From NCBI GenBank assembly GCA_038214715.1, contig JBBQRP010000003.1, positions 6,209-70,208 on the forward strand: a stretch of DNA of 64,000 bases, given 5' to 3'. This stretch comes from Thermoanaerobaculia bacterium (GTDB taxonomy: Bacteria > Acidobacteriota > Thermoanaerobaculia > UBA5066). Shown here one piece after another: positions 26,466 through 40,286 of this stretch (positions within the stretch are counted from its first letter, which is position 1; every line of letters begins with the position of its first letter). The position numbers and the translations under genes were made by a program. The notes under the pieces are model-generated. The model was not told where the DNA came from and did no database searches. It saw only the letters and a list, made by a program, of their open reading frames with translations.

Positions 26466-27631
26466 CCCGTCTCCTTGGCCGTTCCGGGTTCTCCGCGCGG
26501 CGGCCTCTCCCCTTCCGAGAGGGCGAAGATCTCCGACACCAGATGGAAGACGAGCGTTTTTCGCACGGCCTCGCCCGGCCCTTCGGGGGGGACGTCGGCG
26601 AGAGTCGCGCGAATCGTGACACGGGAGCCTCCGGCCGCCTCCTCGACCTCTTCTTCGCGATCCGTCACGAGGAGAAGACGCCGGGCCTCTCCCGCCAGCC
26701 GCTCGCGGGCGACCCCCGGGGAAGCGGCGCTGACGTGCCGGACCGTCAGGGAAGCGGGCCGCGGGGCGTCCGCCGCGGGAGAAAGGGGCAGATCGACACC
26801 CTCGAGCTCGAGCGCGAAGAGTTTCTCGAGCGCGGCGCGGTGTGAGCCCGCGAGCGGATACTCGAGCCTGCTCCAGGCGTCGAGGATCGTCATGCGGCCG
26901 GCCCGCCAGAAGAGAACGCGGTCGTCGAGGACGCGAAGGGCGAATGGTTCCCGGTCGCCTTCCGCGACGGGGGATGACGGGGCGCCAGACGACGGTCCGC
27001 GAACTTCTTCGAGGGGTAGGCGGTCGTGCGGCGGATTCGGAAGGAGCCGGAGAAGCTCCGTGACCTCGCCGCGCGCGTCGCATTCCACGCACTCGGCGCC
27101 GTCGTCTTGGGCGATCCTCACGCTCAGGGTTCCGAAGCCCGTCGGAATCTCCTTCGACGGCGTGTCAAGGCGGAGGAGCACGGGCAGCGGGAATCCCGCA
27201 TCCGCGAGGATGCGCTGCCCTTCGATCGAGGCTACGACAGCACGGTGCGCCATCGAACGGTGCGCCATGGAAAGGTGCGCCACGCCCCCGGGACCCTTCG
27301 AAGAAAGGTCACCCGCCCACGGCCTCGAGCAAGAAGAATCCCGGAGTTCGCAAGTGAATCCGAGCGACGTCGCGAGCCAGGAAAAGGCGGCCGCGCGCTC
27401 TCTCCCCGTCAATCCACGCTCCTCTCCGGGCCACGCCGCGGCAAACGCCTCCGCGTCGAAGAGTCGGGCGTTGCCTGCCGGCCGCGTGAGCGTCTCGCTC
27501 GCCACCCGCCGCTGGAAGCGCAGGAAGAGATCCTCGAAGAAGCGGGAATCGGGCGGGCGGCCCTCGAGACCGAACGCCTCGAGCCATGCCTTGGCCGCCG
27601 AGGACGTCAGGGCGCCCCCGGGGCGCGTCAA
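26462..27631 (-). CDS. Arylamine N-acetyltransferase (NAT) family protein
   Basis: NAT-like N-terminus (FFEDLFLRFQRRVASETL), Cys region (GFTCELRD) and H...ADAGF triad region. TTG start overlaps the upstream stop (TTGA). The track ORF extends to 27679. Confidence 0.55.
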   Translation of the reverse strand: MTRPGGALTSSAAKAWLEAFGLEGRPPDSRFFEDLFLRFQRRVASETLTRPAGNARLFDAEAFAAAWPGEERGLTGRERAAAFSWLATSLGFTCELRDSSCSRPWAGDLSSKGPGGVAHLSMAHRSMAHRAVVASIEGQRILADAGFPLPVLLRLDTPSKEIPTGFGTLSVRIAQDDGAECVECDARGEVTELLRLLPNPPHDRLPLEEVRGPSSGAPSSPVAEGDREPFALRVLDDRVLFWRAGRMTILDAWSRLEYPLAGSHRAALEKLFALELEGVDLPLSPAADAPRPASLTVRHVSAASPGVARERLAGEARRLLLVTDREEEVEEAAGGSRVTIRATLADVPPEGPGEAVRKTLVFHLVSEIFALSEGERPPRGEPGTAKETG

Positions 27632-28428
27632 TGCGCGAGGGCGCGCGCGAGGCCCCGCTGGCCGAGCTCGGAGAACCACGAGTCGACGAATGCCTTACGC
27701 GCATCGGGCTGCACGTCCATCGCGCGGTCGTACGCGGAGCCCCTGAGGTCCCGCTTGATCGCCGCGTAGACCTCGCTGGACGCGCCCGCGAGCTGCTGTG
27801 CGAAGGCGATCGCGGCCTCGAGGAGCTCCCCGGGAGGAACGATCCGGTCGATCGCGCCGAGCGTATGCGCCTCCTCGAAGGGCATCGTCTCGCCGAGGAG
27901 CGCCCAGCGCGTGAGGGCCTGCTCGCCAACGGTGGTGCGCATGGCCTCGACGTAATGCCGGGGGACGTGGATTCCGAGCCGGACCTCGGGCAGGCCGATC
28001 GTGCCTGGCCCCGCCGCCGCGAGACGAAAGTCCGCCGTCGCGGCGAGGAGGGCGCCCCCCGCGACCGCGTGGCCCGTGAGCGCCGCCACGAGCGGCTTGC
28101 CGAGGAGGAAGAGGTCGAAGAAGAGCGCGTCGAACACGCGCGTGAAGCGGCCGAAGTCCTCGGGGCTCGCGTGGGCGAGCGTCCTGAGGTCGAATCCGCC
28201 GCAGAAGATCTTCGGGGAGCGCGACGTCAGGACGACTCCGCGGACCGCGGGGTCGTCCTGCGCGGCCAGGGCGGCCTCGTGCAGCGCCGCCGAAAATCCG
28301 GTCGAGAGCGCGTTCGCCTTGCCGCGGCCGAGAGCGAGGATCCGGATCCCCCCCCGATCCTCCACGAGGAGGTCTTTCGGGGCGTCCATAGTCACGGCGT
28401 TAGCGGAGTTCGAGACGTTCGAGCTCAT
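27628..28428 (-). CDS. Enoyl-CoA hydratase/isomerase (crotonase) family protein
   Basis: Crotonase fold motifs (FCGGFDL, GHAVAGGALLAATADFRLAA, IGLPEVRLGI). Confidence 0.85.
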   Translation of the reverse strand: MSSNVSNSANAVTMDAPKDLLVEDRGGIRILALGRGKANALSTGFSAALHEAALAAQDDPAVRGVVLTSRSPKIFCGGFDLRTLAHASPEDFGRFTRVFDALFFDLFLLGKPLVAALTGHAVAGGALLAATADFRLAAAGPGTIGLPEVRLGIHVPRHYVEAMRTTVGEQALTRWALLGETMPFEEAHTLGAIDRIVPPGELLEAAIAFAQQLAGASSEVYAAIKRDLRGSAYDRAMDVQPDARKAFVDSWFSELGQRGLARALAH

Positions 28429-28441
28429 GCGGGCAATTTTC

Positions 28442-29020
28442 TCACGCGGAGCGCCTTCCCGAGAGAAACAGCCGGAGCACGCGGAGGTCGCGGGTCAGCT
28501 CGGGATGGAACGTCGCGGCCGTCACGTTGCCCTTCTTCACGAGGACGGGAGAGCCGTCCCGGCGCGCGAGCACGTCGACGCCGGAGCCGGTCGCGATTAT
28601 TCTGGGAGCGCGGATGAAGACGGCTTCCAGCGGCTCGTCGCCTAGTGCGGCCTCGTCGAGATCGGTCAGCCGCACGACGGTCGACTCGAGCTGGCGGCCG
28701 TAGGCGTTCCTCACGATCGTGATCGGAAGGAGGCCGAGGCCCCTGGACGACGGTCCCTCGACGTCCTCCGCGAGGAGGATCGCGCCCGCGCACGTGCCGA
28801 GGACGGGATCGCCGCGGCGCGCGAGATCGCCGATCGCGTCCTCGATCCCCGTTCCCCCCATGAGGAGGCGCAGCGCGGTCGATTCGCCCCCGGGGATGAC
28901 GAGCCCCGTCGACGCGAGAATCTCGTCGCGCGAGCGCACCTCGCGCGCGGCGACGCCAGCGCTCTCGAGCGCCTTCTTGTGCGCCGCGAAGTCGCCCTGA
29001 AGGGCGAGGACGCCGATCAC
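28442..29020 (-). CDS. pdxT: Pyridoxal 5'-phosphate synthase glutaminase subunit PdxT
   Basis: MIGVLALQGDF...LVIPGGESTA...GTCAG...HPE matches PdxT. Confidence 0.9.
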   Translation of the reverse strand: MIGVLALQGDFAAHKKALESAGVAAREVRSRDEILASTGLVIPGGESTALRLLMGGTGIEDAIGDLARRGDPVLGTCAGAILLAEDVEGPSSRGLGLLPITIVRNAYGRQLESTVVRLTDLDEAALGDEPLEAVFIRAPRIIATGSGVDVLARRDGSPVLVKKGNVTAATFHPELTRDLRVLRLFLSGRRSA

Positions 29021-29024
29021 GAGG

Positions 29025-29942
29025 TCACCAGCCGCGGGTCTGGAGAAGCTCGCTCTCGGCGATCTTCGAGGCCTCGATGCCCTTCATGCCCTCGGCGAGA
29101 CCCTCCGACGCTTTCGCGATGCGCGCGGGATCCTGAAAGTGAGTCGTCGCCTCCACGATCGCTCGCGCGCGCTTGGCGGGATCCTGGGACTTGAAGATTC
29201 CAGAGCCCACGAAGACGGCCTCGGCTCCGAGCATCCGGCAGAGCGCGGCGTCCGCGGGCGTCGCGATGCCCCCGGCGGCGAAGTTCGGGACCGGAAGGCG
29301 GCCGTTCTCGGCGACCCAGACGACGAGGTCGAACGGCGCGCCGAGGTTCTTCGCGGCGGTCATCCATTCGTCCCGCGTGAGAAGCGTCAGCGCCTTGATC
29401 TGTCGCGTGACCTCTCGGAGGTGCCGGACGGCGTGGACGATGTCCCCGGTGCCCGCCTCCCCCTTCGTGCGGATCATCGCGGCGCCCTCGCCGATCCGCC
29501 GCAGCGCCTCGCCGAGGTTCCGGCAGCCGCACACGAACGGAACCTTGAAGTCGTGCTTGTAGACGTGATTCTCCTCGTCCGCCGGCGTCAGGACCTCGGA
29601 CTCGTCGATGAAGTCGACATCGAGCGCCTCGAGCACGCGCGCCTCGGCGAGGTGCCCGATGCGGCACTTGGCCATCACGGGAATCGACACGGCGGCCTCG
29701 ATCTCGCGGATCTTCGAGACGGGCGACATGCGCGCGACGCCGCCGTCCCTCCGGATGTCCGAGGGCACGCGCTCGAGCGCCATGACCGCGACGGCGCCCG
29801 CGTCCTCCGCGATCTTCGCCTGATCGGCGTCGACGACGTCCATGATGACGCCGCCCTTGAGCATTTCGGCGAGCCCGACCTTGACGCGGAACGCGTCCGT
29901 CGTGAACGGGGAGGAGAATTCGAGGTCGTTTTTCGTCGTCAT
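29025..29942 (-). CDS. pdxS: Pyridoxal 5'-phosphate synthase lyase subunit PdxS
   Basis: GGVIMDVV...[13 protein letters not shown]...[15 protein letters not shown] matches PdxS. Confidence 0.95.
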   Translation of the reverse strand: MTTKNDLEFSSPFTTDAFRVKVGLAEMLKGGVIMDVVDADQAKIAEDAGAVAVMALERVPSDIRRDGGVARMSPVSKIREIEAAVSIPVMAKCRIGHLAEARVLEALDVDFIDESEVLTPADEENHVYKHDFKVPFVCGCRNLGEALRRIGEGAAMIRTKGEAGTGDIVHAVRHLREVTRQIKALTLLTRDEWMTAAKNLGAPFDLVVWVAENGRLPVPNFAAGGIATPADAALCRMLGAEAVFVGSGIFKSQDPAKRARAIVEATTHFQDPARIAKASEGLAEGMKGIEASKIAESELLQTRGW

Positions 29943-29988
29943 GTGACAGCCCTTTCGGGGATTCGAAATCCCCTCCGAGAATCGGATT

Positions 29989-31503
29989 TCAGATCTGGAT
30001 CAATGCGGCCTCGGCCGCGTCCCGGGTCTCGCGCACCGGGGCCTTCCGCCGCCGCGCGGCCTGCCGCGACAGGTCCCGCGCCGCCGCTCCGACGATCTCG
30101 AGCGCCTTCTCGAGGTCCGCGGCCGATCCGCGCGCGACGGAGATCCGGATCGCGGCGACGTCCGTCTGGTCCGGCTGGAAGTCGGCGCCCGCGGAGACGA
30201 GAACACCCTTCTCGCGCGCGAGGGCGGCGAGCGCCCGCCCGGACACGCCCGGCGGCAGCTCCGTCCAGAGGACGTAGCCTCCCTGCGGCTTTTCGACCCG
30301 CGTCCCGATCGGGAAGCGGTTCAGGATCGTCCGGTGCGCGAGGGCGAGGCGGTTCTTCAGCCGGGCCCGCATCCTCACGAGGTGCCGTTCATAGTCGCCC
30401 TGGACGAGAAAGAGGTTCACGGCCGCCTGCAGGACGGGCGGCGACGTGAGCTCGCCGACGCGCTTGAGCGCCGCGAGGCGATGCACGAACTCCTTCGGTC
30501 CCGAGATCCAACCGACCCTTACGCCCGGGAAGAGCGCCTTCGAGATCGTGCCGAGATGCACGACGTGCCCGGGTGCGAGCGCGGCGAAGGGACGCGGCAG
30601 CTCGCCCTCGACGAGGAGGTCCGCGTCGAACGCGTCCTCGACGAGCAGGACGCCCGCCTTCGCCGCGAGCTGCGCGATCCCGGCCCTCCTCTCCGGGGAC
30701 GAAAGGAGTCCCGTCGGGTTCTGGAAGTCGGGGATCGTGTAAACGAATTTCGGCTTCTCGAAGAGCGCGCGCTCGAGCGCGGCGGGGACGAGGCCCTCGG
30801 CGTCGAGCGGCACGCCGAGGAGCCTCGCGCGGTGGGCGCGGAAGAGAGAGAGAGCGCCCGCGTAGGACGGCGTCTCCACGGCGACCGCGTCTCCCGGATC
30901 GACGAGGGCGCGCGTGATGAGGTCGAGGCCCTGCTGCGCGCCGTTCACGATGAGGAGCGCGTCGGGGTCGGCCGGGATCCCGCGCTTCGCGAGCCGCTGC
31001 GCGAGCGTTTCCCGGAGCGGCCGGTAGCCGAACGGCGAGCCGTACGCGAGCAGGGACCCGTCGCGCGCGACCTCCGCGAGGAGGGCCGCGAACGCCGCGG
31101 CGGGGAAGTCCTTTTCGTCAGGCGCGAGACGCGACAGGTCGTACGGAACGAGGACCGGCTCGACGGCGGGCGGTTCGGCGAGGATCCTCGTGAGGAGCGA
31201 CGACGCGATCCGGTCCCACGCGGGAGCGGGCCCGAGGACCGGGCCCGCACTCGAGCGGCGCGCGACGCGCGTGCCGCCGCCCTTGTTCGTCTCGACCCAC
31301 CCCTCGCGCTTCAGTATCTGCAGCGCCTGGTGAACGGTCGCGCGATTCACCTCGAGGGCGCGCGCGAGGTCCCGCGAAGCGGGCAGCCGTTCCCCCTCGA
31401 GGTGCCTCCCGCGCCGGATGTCCCGGATGATCGCGTCCGCGATCGTGCGGTAGAGCGGAACCCGGGGCGCCGGGATCGTGAATTCTGCGGCGTTCGTCGC
31501 CAT
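29989..31503 (-). CDS. pdxR: MocR-type GntR regulator with fold-type-I aminotransferase domain, probable PdxR
   Basis: N-terminal GntR winged-HTH domain ([22 protein letters not shown]). Aminotransferase-like domain with the [14 protein letters not shown] Lys motif. Located immediately upstream of pdxS-pdxT. Confidence 0.8.
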   Translation of the reverse strand: MATNAAEFTIPAPRVPLYRTIADAIIRDIRRGRHLEGERLPASRDLARALEVNRATVHQALQILKREGWVETNKGGGTRVARRSSAGPVLGPAPAWDRIASSLLTRILAEPPAVEPVLVPYDLSRLAPDEKDFPAAAFAALLAEVARDGSLLAYGSPFGYRPLRETLAQRLAKRGIPADPDALLIVNGAQQGLDLITRALVDPGDAVAVETPSYAGALSLFRAHRARLLGVPLDAEGLVPAALERALFEKPKFVYTIPDFQNPTGLLSSPERRAGIAQLAAKAGVLLVEDAFDADLLVEGELPRPFAALAPGHVVHLGTISKALFPGVRVGWISGPKEFVHRLAALKRVGELTSPPVLQAAVNLFLVQGDYERHLVRMRARLKNRLALAHRTILNRFPIGTRVEKPQGGYVLWTELPPGVSGRALAALAREKGVLVSAGADFQPDQTDVAAIRISVARGSAADLEKALEIVGAAARDLSRQAARRRKAPVRETRDAAEAALIQI

Positions 31504-31613
31504 GCGGCGAATATGTATCTTGGACTAGACCAACGTCAACTCTGACTCGAAGCGCGGCCAACCAACGCGCCGACCGCCCCGACCGCCCCGAGCACCAGCC
31601 GCGCCCGCGACGG

Positions 31614-31896
31614 CTATTCGCCGTGGGAGAGGAGCGTCGCATAGGCGCGCTCCATCGCCTCGGCATAGAGGAGGTCCCACTCACGCGACCCCTCCACGAC
31701 CCTTCGCGCCTTCGCGAGAAGCTTCTTCTTCGTCTCGGCCTGGAGGCGCTCGTTTTCCTTGTCCCACTGGAGCAGCGCCTGGAGGACGTGGTTCCGGGTG
31801 AATTCGCGCTCGCCGGCGAGCGAAACGCCCGGAGTTTTCTGAAGCCGCTCCATCATGCGGTGGGAGATGTCGACGGCGCGCTCGCGCGAGATCACA
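31614..31896 (-). CDS. Small alpha-helical hypothetical protein (about 94 aa)
   Basis: GTG start lies 8 nt after the transaldolase stop. The N-terminal 100+ codons of the track ORF overlap the transaldolase gene and were rejected. Confidence 0.35.
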
Positions 31897-31902
31897 GAAG
31901 TC

Positions 31903-32556
31903 TCAATGGATTCTCCGCGGTCCGTCCGACGGCGTCGCCCGGAGCGCGGCGACGCCGCGCGCCGTGAGCGGGTGATCGAACAGGCGGTCCAGCACGGCGA
32001 ACGGGAGCGTCGCGACGTCCGCGCCGAGGGCGGCGGCGTCGAGAACGTGGATCGGATTCTGGATTCCCTGTACCGAGATCTGCGTTTCGAGTCCGTAATT
32101 GTCGAAAACCCGCACGATCGACTCGACCACGTCCATCCCGATCTGCCCGGCGTCGTCGAGCTCGCCGACCGACGGGGAGACGTAGGCGCTTCCCGAGCGC
32201 GCCGCAAGGAGCGCCTGCGTCGCCGTGAAGACGAGACCCACGTCCGTCGCGATCTGCTCGTCGCCGAGAAGGCGGACGACCCGGAGGCCCTCGCGCGTCA
32301 TCGGGACGCGCAGCACGACGTTCTTGCCGTGCTTGTGGAGCTCGCGGGCCTCCTTGTACATCGCCTTCGGATCCCCGGCGGCGAGCGTCGCGACGACGGG
32401 GCCGTCGCCAACCTGCGCGAGGTCGGCGAGGACTCTCCGGGCATCGCGGCCCTTCATCTCCGCGGACTCCGGCCGGAGGAGGATGCCGTCGAGGAGGCCC
32501 CACTCGCGGACCCTACGGGCCTCTTCAGGGTCTGCGGTGTCGAGGAAGAAACGCAT
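31903..32556 (-). CDS. Fructose-6-phosphate aldolase / short transaldolase (TalC/Fsa family)
   Basis: MRFFLDTADPEE N-terminus. Lys-containing TIM-barrel motifs (VVLRVPMT, FTATQAL). Confidence 0.85.
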   Translation of the reverse strand: MRFFLDTADPEEARRVREWGLLDGILLRPESAEMKGRDARRVLADLAQVGDGPVVATLAAGDPKAMYKEARELHKHGKNVVLRVPMTREGLRVVRLLGDEQIATDVGLVFTATQALLAARSGSAYVSPSVGELDDAGQIGMDVVESIVRVFDNYGLETQISVQGIQNPIHVLDAAALGADVATLPFAVLDRLFDHPLTARGVAALRATPSDGPRRIH

Positions 32557-32569
32557 TGGACGGCGGAGT

Positions 32570-35167
32570 CTACTCGCCTGCTCCGAGAGGAGGCGGCGCG
32601 TCCGCCTCGGGCTCCTCGTCCCGGTCCCCGAGCTTCGCGAGCTTGGCCACGGCCACGACGCGGTCTCCCTCCGAAAGGTCGATGAGCTTGACGCCCATCG
32701 CGGCTCGCCCCGTCTCGCGCACGTCCGCGACCGCGAGACGGATGAGGATTCCCTGTTCGGTGATGACGAGGAGATGGTCGGTCCCGGTGACGGACGAAAT
32801 GCCGACGACCGGCCCGTTCTTCTCGCTCACGCGCACGTTGATGACGCCGGACCCTCCCCGCGTCTGGTGCCGGTACTCGGCGACGTCGGTCCTCTTGCCG
32901 TAACCTTTCTCCGTGACCGCGAGGAGCGTACCGGTCTCCTCGACGAGGTCCATCTCGACGACGACGTCGTCGCCCTTGAGCGCGATCCCTTTCACGCCCG
33001 TGGTGTCCCGTCCCATCGCGCGCGTATCCGTCTCGGAGAACTTGATTCCCATCCCGAGTCGCGTTCCGAGGAACACCTGCCGTGTGCCGTCCGTGATCTG
33101 CGCCGAGAGAAGCTCGTCGCCCTCCTCGAGCTTGATCGCGATGATGCCCTTCTCGCGCGGGTTTCCGTAGGCCGAAAGAACCGTCTTCTTCACGAGGCCG
33201 CGCTTCGTCGCGAAGAGGAGAAAGCGGTCGTCGGGGAACGTTCGCGTCGTCGCCATCGCGGCCATCCGCTCGCCGTCCTCGAGCGCGAGGAGGTTCACGA
33301 GAGCCTTGCCGCGCGTCGCCGGTCCGCCCGAAGGCACGTCGTAGAGCTTCACCCAATGGACGCGACCCTTGTTCGTGAAAGCGAGGAGGAAGTCGTGCGT
33401 CGACCCGACGAAGAGGTGCTCGACGACGTCCTCTTCCTTCGTCTGCGCTCCCATGCGGCCCTTGCCGCCGCGCTTCTGGGCCCGGTAGACGGAGAGCGGA
33501 GTCGTCTTCGCGTAGCCTCCCCGGCTGATCGTCAGGACGACCTCTTCCTCGGCGATGAGGTCCTCGGCGAGGAGTTCGTTCGGCTGGGCCACGATCTCCG
33601 TCCGGCGCGGCCGCCCGAACGTGTCCTTGATCGTCGTCAGCTCGCCTCGGATGATCTCCGTGACGCGCTCGCTCCGCGCGAGGATGTCCTTGAGGTCCGC
33701 GATCGCCGTCAGGACCTCGGTGAACTCGGCCACGATCTTGTCGCGCTCGAGCCCCGTGAGGCGCTGGAGGCGCATGTCGAGGATCGCCTGCGCCTGGATG
33801 GTGTCCAGGCGGAGAAGGCCGTCGTTCGTCCGCGCGGAAGCGGACACGTCGAGGGACGTAACCGAGAGGAACGTCTCGAGCGCGGCCTTTTCGACGGTGA
33901 TTTCCTGCGTGAGGCGGGTCCGCGCTTCCTCGGGATCCTTGCTCCCCCTCACGATCGCGATGACGCGGTCGAGGTTGAAGAGCGCGATCGCGAGGCCGAG
34001 AAGGAGATGCGCGCGTTCCTCCGCTTTCCGGAGGTCGAAGATCGTGCGGCGCACGACAACCTGCCGGCGGTGGTCGAGGAAGTGGCGGAAGAGCTCCTTG
34101 AGGGGTAGGACGCGGGGCTGCCCGTCCACGATCGCGAGCGCGTTGATCCCGAAGGAGGACTGGAGCGGCGTCGCGGACAGGAGCTGGTTGAGGACGACCT
34201 GCGCGATCGCGTCGCGCTTGACGTCCACGACCATGCGCATGCCGTCGCGGTCGGATTCGTCGCGGATCGCGGAGATGCCGTCGATCTTCTTGTCGTTGAC
34301 GAGACCCGCGATCTGCTCGATGAGCCGGGCCTTGTTGACCTGGAAGGGCAGCTCCGTCACGACGATCGACTCGCGGTCGCCCTTCTTGTTCTTTTCGATC
34401 TCGGCGCGCCCACGGACCTGCAGGATGCCGCGGCCCGTCTTGTACGCGTCGACGATGCCCTGTCGACCGAGGATGATGCCGCCCGTCGGGAAGTCGGGGC
34501 CCGGCATGACCTCGACCAGGCGGGCGAGCTCGGCGTTCGGATCGTCGAGCAGGACGATCGCGGCGGCACAGGCCTCCGCGAGATTGTGGGGCGCGATCTT
34601 CGTGGCCATGCCGACGGCGATGCCCTCGGCGCCGTTCACGATGAGATTCGGGAATTTCGCGGGGAGGACGGCGGGCTCCTGAAGCGAGCCGTCGTAGGTG
34701 AGGTTCCAGTCGACGGTTTCCTTGTCGATGTCGTCGCCGAGCATCTCCTCGGCGAGGCGCGTGAGCCGGATCTCGGTGTACCGCATCGCGGCGGCCGAGT
34801 CGCCGTCGACGGACCCGAAGTTCCCCTGCCCGTCGACGAGCGGCTCGGACATCGAGAAGTCCTGCGCCATCCTCACGATCGTGTCGTAGATCGCGGCGTC
34901 GCCATGCGGGTGGTACTTGCCCATGATGTCGCCCACGAGGCGGGCCGACTTCTTGTAGGGCCGGTTGTGCCGGTTCGACTGCTCCCACATTCCGAAGAGC
35001 ACGCGCCGGTGGACGGGCTTGAGCCCGTCGCGCACGTCTGGAAGCGCGCGCCCCACGATGACGGACATCGCGTAGTCGAGATAGCTCCGCCGGATCTCCT
35101 CTTCGATGGAGACCGGGATCCTCTCCGTCGGGTCGATCGTGGGCGGCTTTTCGGGTTTGTCGGTCAC
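32570..35167 (-). CDS. gyrA: DNA gyrase subunit A
   Basis: Full-length GyrA (catalytic Tyr region, GyrA-box-containing beta-pinwheel C-terminal domain). GTG start with AGGAA SD. Adjacent to gyrB. Confidence 0.95.
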   Translation of the reverse strand: MTDKPEKPPTIDPTERIPVSIEEEIRRSYLDYAMSVIVGRALPDVRDGLKPVHRRVLFGMWEQSNRHNRPYKKSARLVGDIMGKYHPHGDAAIYDTIVRMAQDFSMSEPLVDGQGNFGSVDGDSAAAMRYTEIRLTRLAEEMLGDDIDKETVDWNLTYDGSLQEPAVLPAKFPNLIVNGAEGIAVGMATKIAPHNLAEACAAAIVLLDDPNAELARLVEVMPGPDFPTGGIILGRQGIVDAYKTGRGILQVRGRAEIEKNKKGDRESIVVTELPFQVNKARLIEQIAGLVNDKKIDGISAIRDESDRDGMRMVVDVKRDAIAQVVLNQLLSATPLQSSFGINALAIVDGQPRVLPLKELFRHFLDHRRQVVVRRTIFDLRKAEERAHLLLGLAIALFNLDRVIAIVRGSKDPEEARTRLTQEITVEKAALETFLSVTSLDVSASARTNDGLLRLDTIQAQAILDMRLQRLTGLERDKIVAEFTEVLTAIADLKDILARSERVTEIIRGELTTIKDTFGRPRRTEIVAQPNELLAEDLIAEEEVVLTISRGGYAKTTPLSVYRAQKRGGKGRMGAQTKEEDVVEHLFVGSTHDFLLAFTNKGRVHWVKLYDVPSGGPATRGKALVNLLALEDGERMAAMATTRTFPDDRFLLFATKRGLVKKTVLSAYGNPREKGIIAIKLEEGDELLSAQITDGTRQVFLGTRLGMGIKFSETDTRAMGRDTTGVKGIALKGDDVVVEMDLVEETGTLLAVTEKGYGKRTDVAEYRHQTRGGSGVINVRVSEKNGPVVGISSVTGTDHLLVITEQGILIRLAVADVRETGRAAMGVKLIDLSEGDRVVAVAKLAKLGDRDEEPEADAPPPLGAGE

Positions 35168-35232
35168 GTCAGTTCCTGTGTGGCGCGGAGGAGGCCCAGG
35201 GGAAACCCGGCCTCGGGTTCCCGCGGTTCATG

Positions 35233-38909
<3,677 letters not shown>

Positions 38910-38917
38910 GCGGCCGA

Positions 38918-40042
38918 CTACATCCTCATCGGCATCACGACGTAGAGGTAGCTGCGGATGCCGCCCAGTGGCTCTGCCGGGCGACCCTGGCACTGCGCCT
39001 GCTCGTCCTTCACGAAGAGGTGAACATCTTTCGTCTCAGCGGCCTCGAGAAACTGCTCGAGGTAGCGCGCGTTGAGGCGGAGGGTGACGGCCGCGCTGTC
39101 GTATGCGATGGCGATTTCCTGGGACCCGTCTCCGACCTCCTGGCTCTCGGACGAAACGACGAGCGCGTCCTTCTGAAAGGCGAGGCTCACCGCCTTCATG
39201 CGATCGCCCGAGAGAAGCGCGATACGCCGCACGGCGCCGAGAAGTTCTTCGCGTGGGACGACGGCCTTCTTGTCGTTTTCCTTGCTGATGACCTTCTCGT
39301 AGTCGGGGAAGCGCCGCTCGTCGAGTTTCGAAAAGAGCCTGCGGCTGCCGACGGAGAAGCCGATGTGGTTCGTCCCGCGCATGATCGTGACGGGCGCGTC
39401 GTCCGCCGCGTCCAGCTTTCCGAGCTCGTCGAGAATCTTTTTCGAGACGAGCACGGGCTCGAACCCGGCCTCCGCCTTCGCCCCCTCGACCTCGACGAGG
39501 GCCAGGCGGTGCCCGTCCGTCGCGACCATCTCGACGGTCCCACCCTTCGTCTTGAGAAGCGCTCCCTGAAGCTGGAGGCGCATCTCCTCCGTGGAGACGG
39601 CGAACCGGACCTTGTCCACCATTCTGCGGAGGGCCCCGAACGACAGTGTCAGTGTCGGACCGCCGGCCGGCTCGGGCCGGGTCGGATAATCCCCGGCCGG
39701 AAGTCCGTTCAGCCGGATCCGGAGCTTCGGTTCCTTGCACTCGAGGGAGACGTGATTGTTCTCGAGCACCTTGAGCCTGATCTCCGCATTCGGCGGAAGC
39801 TCGCGCACGACGTCATAGAGCCGCCGGGCCGGCGCCGTGACCGCTCCCGAACTCTTGAGCGTGACCGGCGCGATTTCAGACACGAGGGTCGTGTCCAGGT
39901 CCGTCGCCGTCAACGTGAGTGCGCCGCTCTTGCCCTCGAGCAGAACATTCGTGAGGATTTGATGCGTCGTTCTCTTCTCGACGACGCCCTGAATCAGGCT
40001 CAGTTCACGAGCCAGGATCGAGGCCGGAAGTGTCAGCTCCAC
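38918..40042 (-). CDS. dnaN: DNA polymerase III beta sliding clamp
   Basis: Three-domain beta-clamp similarity. GTG start with AAGGAG SD. Confidence 0.95.
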   Translation of the reverse strand: MELTLPASILARELSLIQGVVEKRTTHQILTNVLLEGKSGALTLTATDLDTTLVSEIAPVTLKSSGAVTAPARRLYDVVRELPPNAEIRLKVLENNHVSLECKEPKLRIRLNGLPAGDYPTRPEPAGGPTLTLSFGALRRMVDKVRFAVSTEEMRLQLQGALLKTKGGTVEMVATDGHRLALVEVEGAKAEAGFEPVLVSKKILDELGKLDAADDAPVTIMRGTNHIGFSVGSRRLFSKLDERRFPDYEKVISKENDKKAVVPREELLGAVRRIALLSGDRMKAVSLAFQKDALVVSSESQEVGDGSQEIAIAYDSAAVTLRLNARYLEQFLEAAETKDVHLFVKDEQAQCQGRPAEPLGGIRSYLYVVMPMRM

Positions 40043-40286
40043 GACTTCTCCTTACATCTTGAATCTTATCATTTACAGGTACTCAAAAGGAGCAGAAGTA
40101 GTAGGCAGGTACCAAAAGTGCAATCGCTGATAAATATCTCAAAAACAACCCTTTATGACTCTCGCTGGTCTGTGGAACTCTTTCCGCTGCCCTGTGTATA
40201 CAAAGACCGACAGAACACTCCGGGGGGACTTTTGCTCGTGTCTCCTGCGGGGTTTTCCGGAGGGCACGGAAAAGGGGTGGAAAAGG
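40043..40286. other. Candidate oriC: AT-rich unwinding element plus degenerate DnaA boxes between dnaA and dnaN
   Basis: Positions 40055-40160 are about 38% GC in a 70% GC genome. TGTGGAACT, TGTGTATAC and GGTGGAAAA are each within 2 mismatches of TGTGGATAA. Confidence 0.5.

Noticed and set aside
32454-34988. 844-aa minus-strand ORF in an alternative frame of gyrA, and similar Arg-rich ORFs such as 245..1807, 1379..2093, 5403..6725, 8083..9345 and 42427..44043
   Set aside because: These alternative-frame or antisense ORFs overlap homology-supported genes. Their compositions are dominated by R/P/G/A with no recognisable domains.
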